A model generated the notes under the pieces. The model saw only the letters and a program-made list of their open reading frames with translations, was not told the origin of the DNA and made no database searches. DNA of 63,150 nucleotides from an uncultured virus (IMG/VR IMGVR_UViG_3300010885_074529). Its lineage: Duplodnaviria; Heunggongvirae; Uroviricota; Caudoviricetes. Where the stretch lies: the IMG/VR virus record IMGVR_UViG_3300010885_074529. The stretch is one strand, 5' to 3'. The first letter of the stretch is position 1, and each line of letters starts with the position of its first letter. The position numbers were made by a program, and so were the translations under genes. Positions 9,988 to 18,276 of this stretch are shown piece by piece.

Positions 9988-11022
9988 TTACGAAACACTA
10001 ACCAAAGAAACAAATTCTTCAAATTTATACATTGGAAATTCATTTACATACTTTATTTTCACATTTATTGGCGAATTCAAAGTGTTTTTAATCAAATCAA
10101 TAAAATCTTCTTCTCTGTCCCCTAAAGGCTCCGAAATTATATGTGCTTCTAAATCATGTAGAGTAGTCTGCACTATTTTGTATCTTTTAATTCCAAATCT
10201 TTCGTAATAATCTCTTGAACCAAAAAGAGGCCATTTTTTATCTCCATTTGGAAGAATAAACATATTTCTTACTCTTCCATTAATCTTTTCTATAGCTTGC
10301 AGTCTTCTACCACATGTACATTCACCAAGTTCTATGTGGTCCCCGTGCTTGTACCTCTTAATGTAAGGATTAGTAGTAGTAGTTATGATTATTCCACCAT
10401 CAGAATCTACCTCTACTATTTGATTCTCCATAACATGATGAAAATTAGGATTATCAGGACATCTTATGGAAATAGTACCACACTCCTCGCTAGAGTACAT
10501 AGATCCACCAGCTTCTCCTGTGCCCTTACAATCTATCAAATTAGATATCTTAGATAAATCTAGCTGGGCAACTATGGATGGAGCACAATGTAAATAGTGA
10601 GGATTCTTTTCTTCTAACCAACATTGAAGTTCTGATATCGGGGCGTATCCATTGACAAATGACTTTCCTTGATTTTTGTTAATACAAACGGGTATTCCCC
10701 AAGACTTCTTGTCTTGTTTTTCACGACCGGGTTTTATTATAGCTATATTCTTTGTTACGTCCCACTTTCTCCATCTAATCTCTCTTATATTTGTAGCAAC
10801 ATACCAAATATGATCAAGAATAGTCTTTTCCACAGTAACAGGCTCGCCAGTAGATCCAGAAGTTTTAGTAGAACTTAAATATTTTTTCATCTTTAAATTA
10901 CGTAGATCACTTCTTGTCATAATCTTAAAACTAGAAGAGCATTCAAAGTTCACAGTGTGATTCCACTGCGAAATTTCAAAAAAGTTTAAAAGACTTTTTA
11001 TTTTTTCATTTGTATTAATCAT
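9988..11022 (-). CDS. phenylacetate-CoA ligase/CapK-like adenylate-forming enzyme (compact)
   Basis: TSGSTGEP, YSSEECG, RYKHGD, CTCGR, INGRVRN motifs; start uncertain. Confidence 0.8.
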   Translation of the reverse strand: MINTNEKIKSLLNFFEISQWNHTVNFECSSSFKIMTRSDLRNLKMKKYLSSTKTSGSTGEPVTVEKTILDHIWYVATNIREIRWRKWDVTKNIAIIKPGREKQDKKSWGIPVCINKNQGKSFVNGYAPISELQCWLEEKNPHYLHCAPSIVAQLDLSKISNLIDCKGTGEAGGSMYSSEECGTISIRCPDNPNFHHVMENQIVEVDSDGGIIITTTTNPYIKRYKHGDHIELGECTCGRRLQAIEKINGRVRNMFILPNGDKKWPLFGSRDYYERFGIKRYKIVQTTLHDLEAHIISEPLGDREEDFIDLIKNTLNSPINVKIKYVNEFPMYKFEEFVSLVSVS

Positions 11023-11058
11023 GGGGTTTAATATATAAGATACTATCAATATAATTAT

Positions 11059-11508
11059 ATGGAAATAAAAAAAGATACAGAATATTGGCAGAATTTGAGC
11101 CCTCCACTATGTCCAAACGACTACGAAATTAGTTTGTACAAAAAACATATAAAAGGATGCTCGCCCGTATGCCTTTTAGGCATGACTAAAGACATGCAAC
11201 CACTTTGCGACTATATGGTCGAATTGCATCCTACAAAACAATCGAAGCCAGTTATCAAAAAAAATTGGAACGAATTTGAAGAATATGCCGACGCTATAAT
11301 CGGGGACGGTGTTATAAACCTAGAAGGTTTGCAATTAGTTGAAAAAATGATGACTAAATGCAACAAATTAGTTTGTAGGGTTTTTCTTAAAAAATTCTCT
11401 TGGATGAAATACGCAACTCACTTTCCTCAAGAATTTCCAAATGCCAAAATAGTGATCCCCACTCAAGAAGATGTAGCCATGGTAGTTTGGGAGAATTCTA
11501 CTATATAA
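11059..11508 (+). CDS. hypothetical, possibly degenerate methyltransferase-like
   Basis: W..L.PPL.P, LLGMT, DAIIGDG. Confidence 0.45.
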   Translation: MEIKKDTEYWQNLSPPLCPNDYEISLYKKHIKGCSPVCLLGMTKDMQPLCDYMVELHPTKQSKPVIKKNWNEFEEYADAIIGDGVINLEGLQLVEKMMTKCNKLVCRVFLKKFSWMKYATHFPQEFPNAKIVIPTQEDVAMVVWENSTI

Positions 11509-11522
11509 AGCATAGGAGACTA

Positions 11523-11921
11523 ATGATTAAAATTATTGCACGCTCAGTTTTTTACAACTGGTTAATTCTTTTTGTAGGAATAGCACTAGGATTCATATTT
11601 AATGCAGAATGGTCTGGTAGAAAATACGCTATTATCGAACATTCAATCAACAACATATTCTTTCCAGCAAATAAATACAACAAAGATGTTGAACAATATG
11701 TTCGATTTATGGGGTCTATTAGATTGAAAGACGCCCACGATTATCCAGAAGATTTTACCATTCTAAAAGATGAAATTTTAGACGAAGAGTTCTACAGTGC
11801 AACAATCAGATATACTGACCCTAAAACAGGCAAAATAGTAGAGAAAAAAGAAGGAACAAGGGTAAGATGGAGACCATGGGAATACTACTACCAAGATGTA
11901 GAAAGAACATTAGCTAAATAA
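11523..11921 (+). CDS. membrane-anchored hypothetical protein
   Basis: AGGAG RBS; N-terminal TM helix. Confidence 0.65.
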   Translation: MIKIIARSVFYNWLILFVGIALGFIFNAEWSGRKYAIIEHSINNIFFPANKYNKDVEQYVRFMGSIRLKDAHDYPEDFTILKDEILDEEFYSATIRYTDPKTGKIVEKKEGTRVRWRPWEYYYQDVERTLAK

Positions 11922-12428
11922 TCAACCAATTTTACCAGGAGGATTATAAGTTAATTCGTATTCGACCTTAGCAATACGATAATATTTGCCTTCATCTTCT
12001 TTTACTAAATAATCACCAGGTTTCAACACCATACTCTCTCCCCAAGGTGCCATAAAAGAAACAGCAACATTGCCTGTGTAAACCGCAACGTTTCTAGGAG
12101 ATTGCTCAGGATGTACCGGTCCTCCCATATTACCAACATATAATTTAGGGAATTTAGCAGACTTCAAAACATATTGCTCTCTGCTAGGACCACTCATTAT
12201 TATATCATTTGGCTCTGCTGTGTTTTGAGTCTCTTTTCCATCGCTAGTCATTGTTACAACAGGCATCTGCTGGTTTGCAACAGCATAACTCATAGGTGGC
12301 ATGTTATCTGTAGACTGGACATATTGATACATTAATTTCTTCTTGGTTGTAGGCTGAAATTGTAAGCCACTAGCAATTTGATTAATGTCTACTTGTTGAT
12401 TTTCAAGCCACTGATGAAAAGTTTTCAT
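11922..12428 (-). CDS. PGDYG-family protein with CTS-like leader (MKTFHQWLE)
   Basis: APWGESMVLKPGDYLV...YYRIAKVEYELTY. Confidence 0.7.
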   Translation of the reverse strand: MKTFHQWLENQQVDINQIASGLQFQPTTKKKLMYQYVQSTDNMPPMSYAVANQQMPVVTMTSDGKETQNTAEPNDIIMSGPSREQYVLKSAKFPKLYVGNMGGPVHPEQSPRNVAVYTGNVAVSFMAPWGESMVLKPGDYLVKEDEGKYYRIAKVEYELTYNPPGKIG

Positions 12429-12430
12429 TT

Positions 12431-13462
12431 TTAATAATTCTTTTTGATTCCTGATAGTATCGCCCACTCGTTCAAACTAGGGCCGTTATTGTCCGTGTGT
12501 GCAACTTGTTTTTGTTGTCCTTGTGTCCAATTAACTGCTCCTTTTTGCAATTCTTGTGCGAATTTTCCACCTGAATCTGTTTGTGGCATAAAATCTCTTT
12601 TAGATGCTCCGCTTATAGGCTTATTATTCTGTTGCATTTTAGAAACATTTTCCCAAATATACTGTTGAGCATAAGCAATTGGGTCTTGGCCCTGTGCAAC
12701 TTGCGAGAAAGCTTGTTTAGCATTTTCACCCATATTTGTCGAAATGTATTCTTTAATTTGTTGTTCGCCCATCAACAATAGATTAGATCCCTTTACCTCA
12801 GCTGTGTTTATTTGTCCTGTTGTTGCTGCTATTGACAGCTGAACTATCTTTAATGCTAATTCTGGATCTGTAATACCATCCATGTTCATTGCTTGTATTT
12901 GAGCATTCGGGTTCATACAATATAATTGGCTCCACCGATGGTGGCCATCTATAATGTATTTTCCACCACATGTTACTATTGCCCCTCCTGGTGCAAACGT
13001 CCCACCTTTGATATAAGACAATATTGTTTGTGCGTTTTCTTTTTTTAATGGAAAAGAAAGAGATTTATCTACGTCTATCTCGTTCTGAGTGGGCGTTAAG
13101 GCGGCACACGATAGTGGTCCAGATGTAAATTTTACCATATCATCTTGAGCAACACGACCATCTTGCAATCCAGCCTGAATGAATGCTAAAAATTTAGGGT
13201 CACTTACATTGCCTTTCAATTCTTTTACGAATTGTTCGTAATTTTTACCTAGCAAATTTTTTAATTTCCCATCCTCAGCAGGATCAGAACCCGGTTGTGC
13301 TTGCACATTGTTTGCGTTTTGCGAAGCAGCATTTTGTGCAGGATTCTGCATCTGTGGAGCAGCAGCATTTTGTGCAGGATTCTGCATCTGTGGAGCAGCA
13401 ACGTTAGGCACAGCATTTGGAACTTGCTCTATGAGCTTTAACATTTCATAAAAATTTTTCAT
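12431..13462 (-). CDS. ParB/sulfiredoxin-like domain protein with CTS-like leader
   Basis: LTPTQNEI...YIIDGHHRW; start MKNFYEMLKLIE; C-terminus ILSGIKK. Confidence 0.75.
   Translation of the reverse strand: MKNFYEMLKLIEQVPNAVPNVAAPQMQNPAQNAAAPQMQNPAQNAASQNANNVQAQPGSDPAEDGKLKNLLGKNYEQFVKELKGNVSDPKFLAFIQAGLQDGRVAQDDMVKFTSGPLSCAALTPTQNEIDVDKSLSFPLKKENAQTILSYIKGGTFAPGGAIVTCGGKYIIDGHHRWSQLYCMNPNAQIQAMNMDGITDPELALKIVQLSIAATTGQINTAEVKGSNLLLMGEQQIKEYISTNMGENAKQAFSQVAQGQDPIAYAQQYIWENVSKMQQNNKPISGASKRDFMPQTDSGGKFAQELQKGAVNWTQGQQKQVAHTDNNGPSLNEWAILSGIKKNY
13326..13400. repeat. 36-bp tandem duplication encoding AAPQMQNPAQNA
   Basis: gcagcattttgtgcaggattctgcatctgtggagca occurs twice in tandem. Confidence 0.85.
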
Positions 13463-13511
13463 TAAACCTTCTTTAAATTAAGAAATACGATCTTGTATTT
13501 TAACTCAATAT

Positions 13512-13892
13512 TCATTCGCCAGGATGCCTACCGCCGCCGTATGATGGTAGATGGTAGATGGATGGTTGATTTATTTTATTTGGCCGGGGGCGGAAGGTAT
13601 CCCGCTCCCTCTCTTTTTTTTCCATCTCTTTTCTGCGTTGTTCTCTCTCGTATTCTTTCAATGCAGAATCGTTACTAATTTTAAGAGCCACTGCTTGCAA
13701 TCTCTGCTTATACTCTTCATCATCAGCCGCATCAATTTCCCGTTGCAGTTCCTTTATACGCTCCTTTTCCGCAGTAGTTTTACCCATCATGCCAACGTTC
13801 TGCAGTGGCCTTCTTATAAACCCTGGAGTGTAATCCGCAATGCCTTCTTCTATTTTATTTCTTTCTTTTAACCATTCATTAAATTTTTTCAT
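13512..13892 (-). CDS. CTS-leader coiled-coil protein (MKKFNEWLKERNKIEEG)
   Basis: AAGGG upstream; leader motif. Confidence 0.65.
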   Translation of the reverse strand: MKKFNEWLKERNKIEEGIADYTPGFIRRPLQNVGMMGKTTAEKERIKELQREIDAADDEEYKQRLQAVALKISNDSALKEYEREQRRKEMEKKERERDTFRPRPNKINQPSIYHLPSYGGGRHPGE

Positions 13893-13953
13893 AATATCCC
13901 TTCTAAAATACGACAAAATATATAGTTGCTAGGACAGATTTATTTTGACAGAC

Positions 13954-14376
13954 CTACAAACCTATTTTCTCTACATTATTGATATCTTTGTTTTTTCTCA
14001 AACTCTCAAGAAAAGACTTTACATTTTTTAGTCTTTCTATCCTCAATTCGTAAGTATAGTCTTCTTTTTGCTTCACATTAACAACCTGCCCACCAGTCAA
14101 AGACACTAGTTGCAAAACATTTTCTGCACTAAGATTATTTGTACTCATTATTACTGTAATCTTGTTTTCAACTAAATTAGTATATGTTACTGCAGACCCA
14201 ATCACTAACAATAAACACGCAGTTATGGCAAATGCAGAATTTCTACGCCAATTAAAAGAAGAAGGACTAACTATTTGACCAATATCAACAACAACGCCTT
14301 CGTCAACTTTACCACCACTTCTAATAGATTCTAAGTATTGTGGTAACTTATTGAGATTCATAGGATTATTACTCAA
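13954..14376 (-). CDS. single-TM hypothetical protein
   Basis: Central TM helix AFAITACLLLVIGSAV. Confidence 0.6.
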   Translation of the reverse strand: MSNNPMNLNKLPQYLESIRSGGKVDEGVVVDIGQIVSPSSFNWRRNSAFAITACLLLVIGSAVTYTNLVENKITVIMSTNNLSAENVLQLVSLTGGQVVNVKQKEDYTYELRIERLKNVKSFLESLRKNKDINNVEKIGL

Positions 14377-14501
14377 AATTCACTCCCTCTCGAAAAACGT
14401 CCAATAAAAAATGCCAAAATACCAGTAACTAAAAACAAAAGAACCCACTTCCACAAACCAGTCATCAATGTGTAAAATATAACACCTTCAATAATATTCA
14501 T
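14373..14501 (-). CDS. small membrane protein
   Basis: MNIIEGVIFYTLMTGLWKWVLLFLVTGILAFFIGR; overlaps the next start. Confidence 0.5.
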   Translation of the reverse strand: MNIIEGVIFYTLMTGLWKWVLLFLVTGILAFFIGRFSRGSEF

Positions 14502-14532
14502 GTAAATATATAGGTACACAATATATAATAAT

Positions 14533-14865
14533 ATGAATAGTTCAAGCTTTAAACAATGGTTAACCAATGAAGGTAAAGCACTAGATGTTGGCACGAAAGC
14601 GTTTAAGAACGAACAGCAGGCGTTGAAGGCTGCAATCGTTGTTTGGAAGGGCGATCCTTCAAAGCTCAGAACTCACGTGCAGGACGAAATTGACGGAACT
14701 CCGCCTCCTGATGGGTCAGAAAAAATAACGCAAGAGCGAAGAGAAATGGCAGCGGCACTCCTGAAAGCCGTGAGGGAAAAAAGTGAGATCGCCCCAACCC
14801 TGTACCGAGGGGCAATTTCAGAGAGTTTGGCAATTGTTTCGGAACTTTTCTTTTTTCCTTTTTGA
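14533..14865 (+). CDS. CTS-leader protein, possibly truncated after TLYRG
   Basis: MNSSSFKQWLTNEG after ATATATA; the C-terminus reads into the antisense of the neighbour. Confidence 0.5.
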   Translation: MNSSSFKQWLTNEGKALDVGTKAFKNEQQALKAAIVVWKGDPSKLRTHVQDEIDGTPPPDGSEKITQERREMAAALLKAVREKSEIAPTLYRGAISESLAIVSELFFFPF

Positions 14866-14966
14866 CAACAGCTCATACAGATTTTAACAAAGCCTTCTTC
14901 CATCCATTTCTTTTTTGCTTTTACAATTCTTTCTTCTCCACATTCTGGGCACTTGACTTGGTACAT
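14673..14966 (-). pseudogene. truncated zinc-ribbon/NUMOD3 homing-endonuclease-like remnant
   Basis: AAGGAG RBS; CPEC...CMSC, then KGKKKSSETIAKLSE (NUMOD3-like); no nuclease domain follows. Confidence 0.55.
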
Positions 14967-15092
14967 GTAGTTTCTCCTTGTTCCTAATATAGTAACAAAA
15001 AAATAGATTCTACTCAATACCTTATTTGTAGGAAATAGTTTTTTACCGATGAGCAATAATGCCCTTGCCCTCAATAGCATTTTGTACAGAGA

Positions 15093-15127
15093 AACAAAAA
15101 ACCCTCCGGTCTTGCGACCGAAGGGTT
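15093..15127 (-). terminator. rho-independent terminator after major capsid gene
   Basis: AACCCTTCGGTC-GCAA-GACCGGAGGGTT followed by a T-rich tail. Confidence 0.85.
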
Positions 15128-15162
15128 CTTGTTCATTTGTGACCGCAAAATGCGGTGTAAAA

Positions 15163-16596
15163 CTATATCACAAAATTAGCGATACTCAATCTTGCATAAA
15201 ACTTGGCACCCTCACGAAGGAGTTTTTTCCCATACCTTGTTAAAATTCCCTTGCGTGGGCAAAAGGATTCTGGATCGAGAACCACTGGTGTCTGAGTGAG
15301 TGGTACGTAAGGGCAGTAGAAATATCCGCTGTCCATGTAGCTATCACCCTTATATCCCATCAATACTTGATTGCTTGGGAATAGTGGATCTTTGTATAGT
15401 CTCCATCTGTTATTAACAGTACCGACATACTGAACACCTAGTGAGCTTGTGAAAGTTTCACTTGGGGCTGGAGCGAAGCCGGCGGTTGCTGTCTCAAATA
15501 TTGAGGCAACTTCTGGGCTTGTTACTAGCCAGTTAGCACCACCACGTAATGTCTTACGATGAATTACGTTACTGATTTCGACAACTTTAACATATAGTGA
15601 TTCATACTTCTCTTTGATGGTATCACCGAGAGCTGTATTGAAATCCCAAGCTGATACGGTACCAGCGTTGTTACGAAGATCGGTTAGAACTTCACGGTCG
15701 ATTTCGAGGTTAATTTCTTGAGCTAGAACAGCGGTTAGCTCAGCTTCAGCATCTAGATTGTGCTGTGAGCGGAGATCTTGCTGAGCTTCGTAGCTCCAAA
15801 CTGCTTTCAATTTGCGTGTCTTGGCAGCAATTTCTTCTGACTCGATCACGAGATTGATTTCTGGTAGATCCTGATTGCATTCCATGTTGTATTCATAGCT
15901 GATTACAACGTGGTTATCACCTGCTGCACTGTCCCAAGTTAGTGATAGTTCGCCACTTACTAGATCTAGTGAACCGCCGGTTGCGTAATCACCAGGTGAA
16001 CCAATTGTGGTAAAGTTGAAGGTACCAGAAGAAGAGACCACGAAGGTCTGTACTGCTGTGTTGCCGTCATAAACTGTACCTGTGACAGTACCAGCTAGAA
16101 TTGGAGTATGTTCTAGAGCGGAGTAGGTTACGGAAGTACCGGTGCCTGGATCGACATTGGTTCTTTCGTTCTGTACAAACTGGCTGCTGTAGAAAATATC
16201 TAGGTTAGCAGTACCGTCTGCCAACTGCATCAAGCTGTTTGAATCATCCGATGGGAATCCGCTTTTGGAAGCACCACGGGTTGCACCCTTGTTGCTGCCG
16301 TAACGGAAACGGAGGTAGTACACTAGTCCGGTTGGTCCGAGTAGTGGCTGTACGCTGACGATCTTGTTAGCGATAAGCTGTGGGTAAATTCTGCGAACTA
16401 GCGGAATGCTGATTCGTTTGAACTGAGCAACGTCACCTGTATCGGTGCTGGTCTCATTCATGAGTCTTTGGTTTTCGAGTAGAACTGCTGTTGCAGAGCG
16501 AGTAAATCTGTCTTGAATGCCTTCGAGGAGACCTGTCTGCGCCCAGCGAGTTTCTAGCTCTTTAGCTTCATTTAGAAATTGTGAATTTGCGTTCAT
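15163..16596 (-). CDS. gp23: major capsid protein (T4 gp23-like)
   Basis: VSVQPLLGPTGLVYYLR, AKTRKLKAVWSYEAQQDLRSQH.LDAEAEL, EIDRE, YFYCPYVPL, DPESFCPRKGILTRYG. Confidence 0.97.
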   Translation of the reverse strand: MNANSQFLNEAKELETRWAQTGLLEGIQDRFTRSATAVLLENQRLMNETSTDTGDVAQFKRISIPLVRRIYPQLIANKIVSVQPLLGPTGLVYYLRFRYGSNKGATRGASKSGFPSDDSNSLMQLADGTANLDIFYSSQFVQNERTNVDPGTGTSVTYSALEHTPILAGTVTGTVYDGNTAVQTFVVSSSGTFNFTTIGSPGDYATGGSLDLVSGELSLTWDSAAGDNHVVISYEYNMECNQDLPEINLVIESEEIAAKTRKLKAVWSYEAQQDLRSQHNLDAEAELTAVLAQEINLEIDREVLTDLRNNAGTVSAWDFNTALGDTIKEKYESLYVKVVEISNVIHRKTLRGGANWLVTSPEVASIFETATAGFAPAPSETFTSSLGVQYVGTVNNRWRLYKDPLFPSNQVLMGYKGDSYMDSGYFYCPYVPLTQTPVVLDPESFCPRKGILTRYGKKLLREGAKFYARLSIANFVI

Positions 16597-16628
16597 GTAA
16601 TCCTTCTAATTTAATTAGAGTTTTAAAC

Positions 16629-17519
16629 TTATTGAGCTTGTTTTAGTCCGGATAGGATCAATAATTGATCTGTTCCAGAGTTTTGTGATGCATATTCCGA
16701 TATGACCACACCATCATCCGACCTTCCTCTCCCCGTTACATTCTTTGCTTTTTCGGTTCTTTCTTTCTGTTCGTTCATTACGGCTTCTTTTCTAGTTTGC
16801 GTAACGACTTTGCGGCTTTCAGTAATTACATCGTGAGCTTGGCGAACTGATTCGTTTAGCTTAGTGTTTTCGGTTGAAAGTCTGATGTTTCTAGCTTCCA
16901 TAATGCGAAGCTGTCCTTTCATTTCTTCGATTGATTTATTTGCTTCTTCAACTTTTGCTGAAGAGACAGCAGCGAAACCATCATCAGAGAGGTAGTTGGC
17001 AGTAATATCTACGATCTTATTGAGAGCTACTTTATGTTCGACCATACGTGGATCGTTGATGATTTCACGTTTGGCTTGTTCATAAATCTCTTGACCTTTA
17101 AACTGTAGGAACTGGTCAACTTTATCTACAATATACTCTTTCATCTCAGCAAGTTTATTATCATACTCTTCGTACATTTCTACTTCGAGTTTTTGATTCT
17201 TGCCTTTTTCACCTTTTAGCATTTCGTATGCTTCTTCGTATCCTTCTTCGAGTGCAGCCTTATATTCTTCACCTTGAAGTTCTAAGCGGTTACGTAGATC
17301 GGCAATTATTGCGTATGCTTCTTCGTATCCTTTTTCTGCTACTTGTTCTGCTTCTGCAACTTCGCTTGAAAGTTCAACATAGGCTTCTTCAAGTTTTTGA
17401 TTGAACTCCGCCTCTAGATCTGATTTAGCTGACTCTAGCATTTGTTGCACTGCGGATGAAACTTCATTAACTTCGGTTTCGGGCAAAAGTTTTTTTAATG
17501 CTTCTACTATTTTATCCAT
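16629..17519 (-). CDS. prohead core scaffold protein (gp22-like)
   Basis: Glu-rich coiled coil between protease and capsid genes; AGGAG RBS. Confidence 0.8.
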   Translation of the reverse strand: MDKIVEALKKLLPETEVNEVSSAVQQMLESAKSDLEAEFNQKLEEAYVELSSEVAEAEQVAEKGYEEAYAIIADLRNRLELQGEEYKAALEEGYEEAYEMLKGEKGKNQKLEVEMYEEYDNKLAEMKEYIVDKVDQFLQFKGQEIYEQAKREIINDPRMVEHKVALNKIVDITANYLSDDGFAAVSSAKVEEANKSIEEMKGQLRIMEARNIRLSTENTKLNESVRQAHDVITESRKVVTQTRKEAVMNEQKERTEKAKNVTGRGRSDDGVVISEYASQNSGTDQLLILSGLKQAQ

Positions 17520-17565
17520 TAGCCTACTCCTAACTTAACGGGTTGTTGTTTTTCTTTTTTTAACA

Positions 17566-18255
17566 TTAATTAAGTTTTTTCTTAATGTTATTTGTCTTTT
17601 GTTCAATAATTCCACCCAAGCAAGCGACAAGTGCTTCTTTGTTAACAGTATGTATGCAGCTACTGTTATTTTTTGCAGAGTTTTTTTCTACAAAAGAAGA
17701 TCTTGTTACTGTTGGATCGAAACTTTCTTTCTTACCTACTACTTTCTCCTGGAAAGCAGAATAGGTGCTCGGATCGGCTACGGCGTCAAAAGTGATTAGC
17801 TTATAACTTTCGCCAATTACCAAAATTCCATTCTCGTCATTCCTACCGTTGCCTACGCCACGGCTGCTGATTCCAATTCTCACACCATCATTTAGAAGAC
17901 TTCTTAGTATTCTTCCGTGAGGAGTGTTGAGAATTTCTCCTTGCCCCATTAGGCTATTACCTTCCCACCATAGCTTAGTAATAATGTGTGAACATTTTTC
18001 AAAATGAATTATACTATCTGCTGGGTGATCTAATTCGCCTACTAATCCTCGTGCTTCGATGATAGGTACCAATTTCTTGACATTCTCATCTAGCACAGCG
18101 TATGGGTATATTCTTTTATTTTTATTAACTGCTTCTGCTTCTTGGAATTTACCTTTAAAGCTTGTTAGTCCTTTATCGGTGGACTCATTAAGGTCTAAGG
18201 TAAATCCAGAGTGGTTGCAGCTATCTACAAACAGTGTTAGTTTTGTGGGATCCAT
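17566..18255 (-). CDS. gp21: prohead protease (T4 gp21-like)
   Basis: NKNKRIYP, GELDHP, TPHGRIL, GISSRGVG, FDAVADPS. Confidence 0.95.
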   Translation of the reverse strand: MDPTKLTLFVDSCNHSGFTLDLNESTDKGLTSFKGKFQEAEAVNKNKRIYPYAVLDENVKKLVPIIEARGLVGELDHPADSIIHFEKCSHIITKLWWEGNSLMGQGEILNTPHGRILRSLLNDGVRIGISSRGVGNGRNDENGILVIGESYKLITFDAVADPSTYSAFQEKVVGKKESFDPTVTRSSFVEKNSAKNNSSCIHTVNKEALVACLGGIIEQKTNNIKKKLN

Positions 18256-18276
18256 TGACGTACTCCTTTTTAAAAA

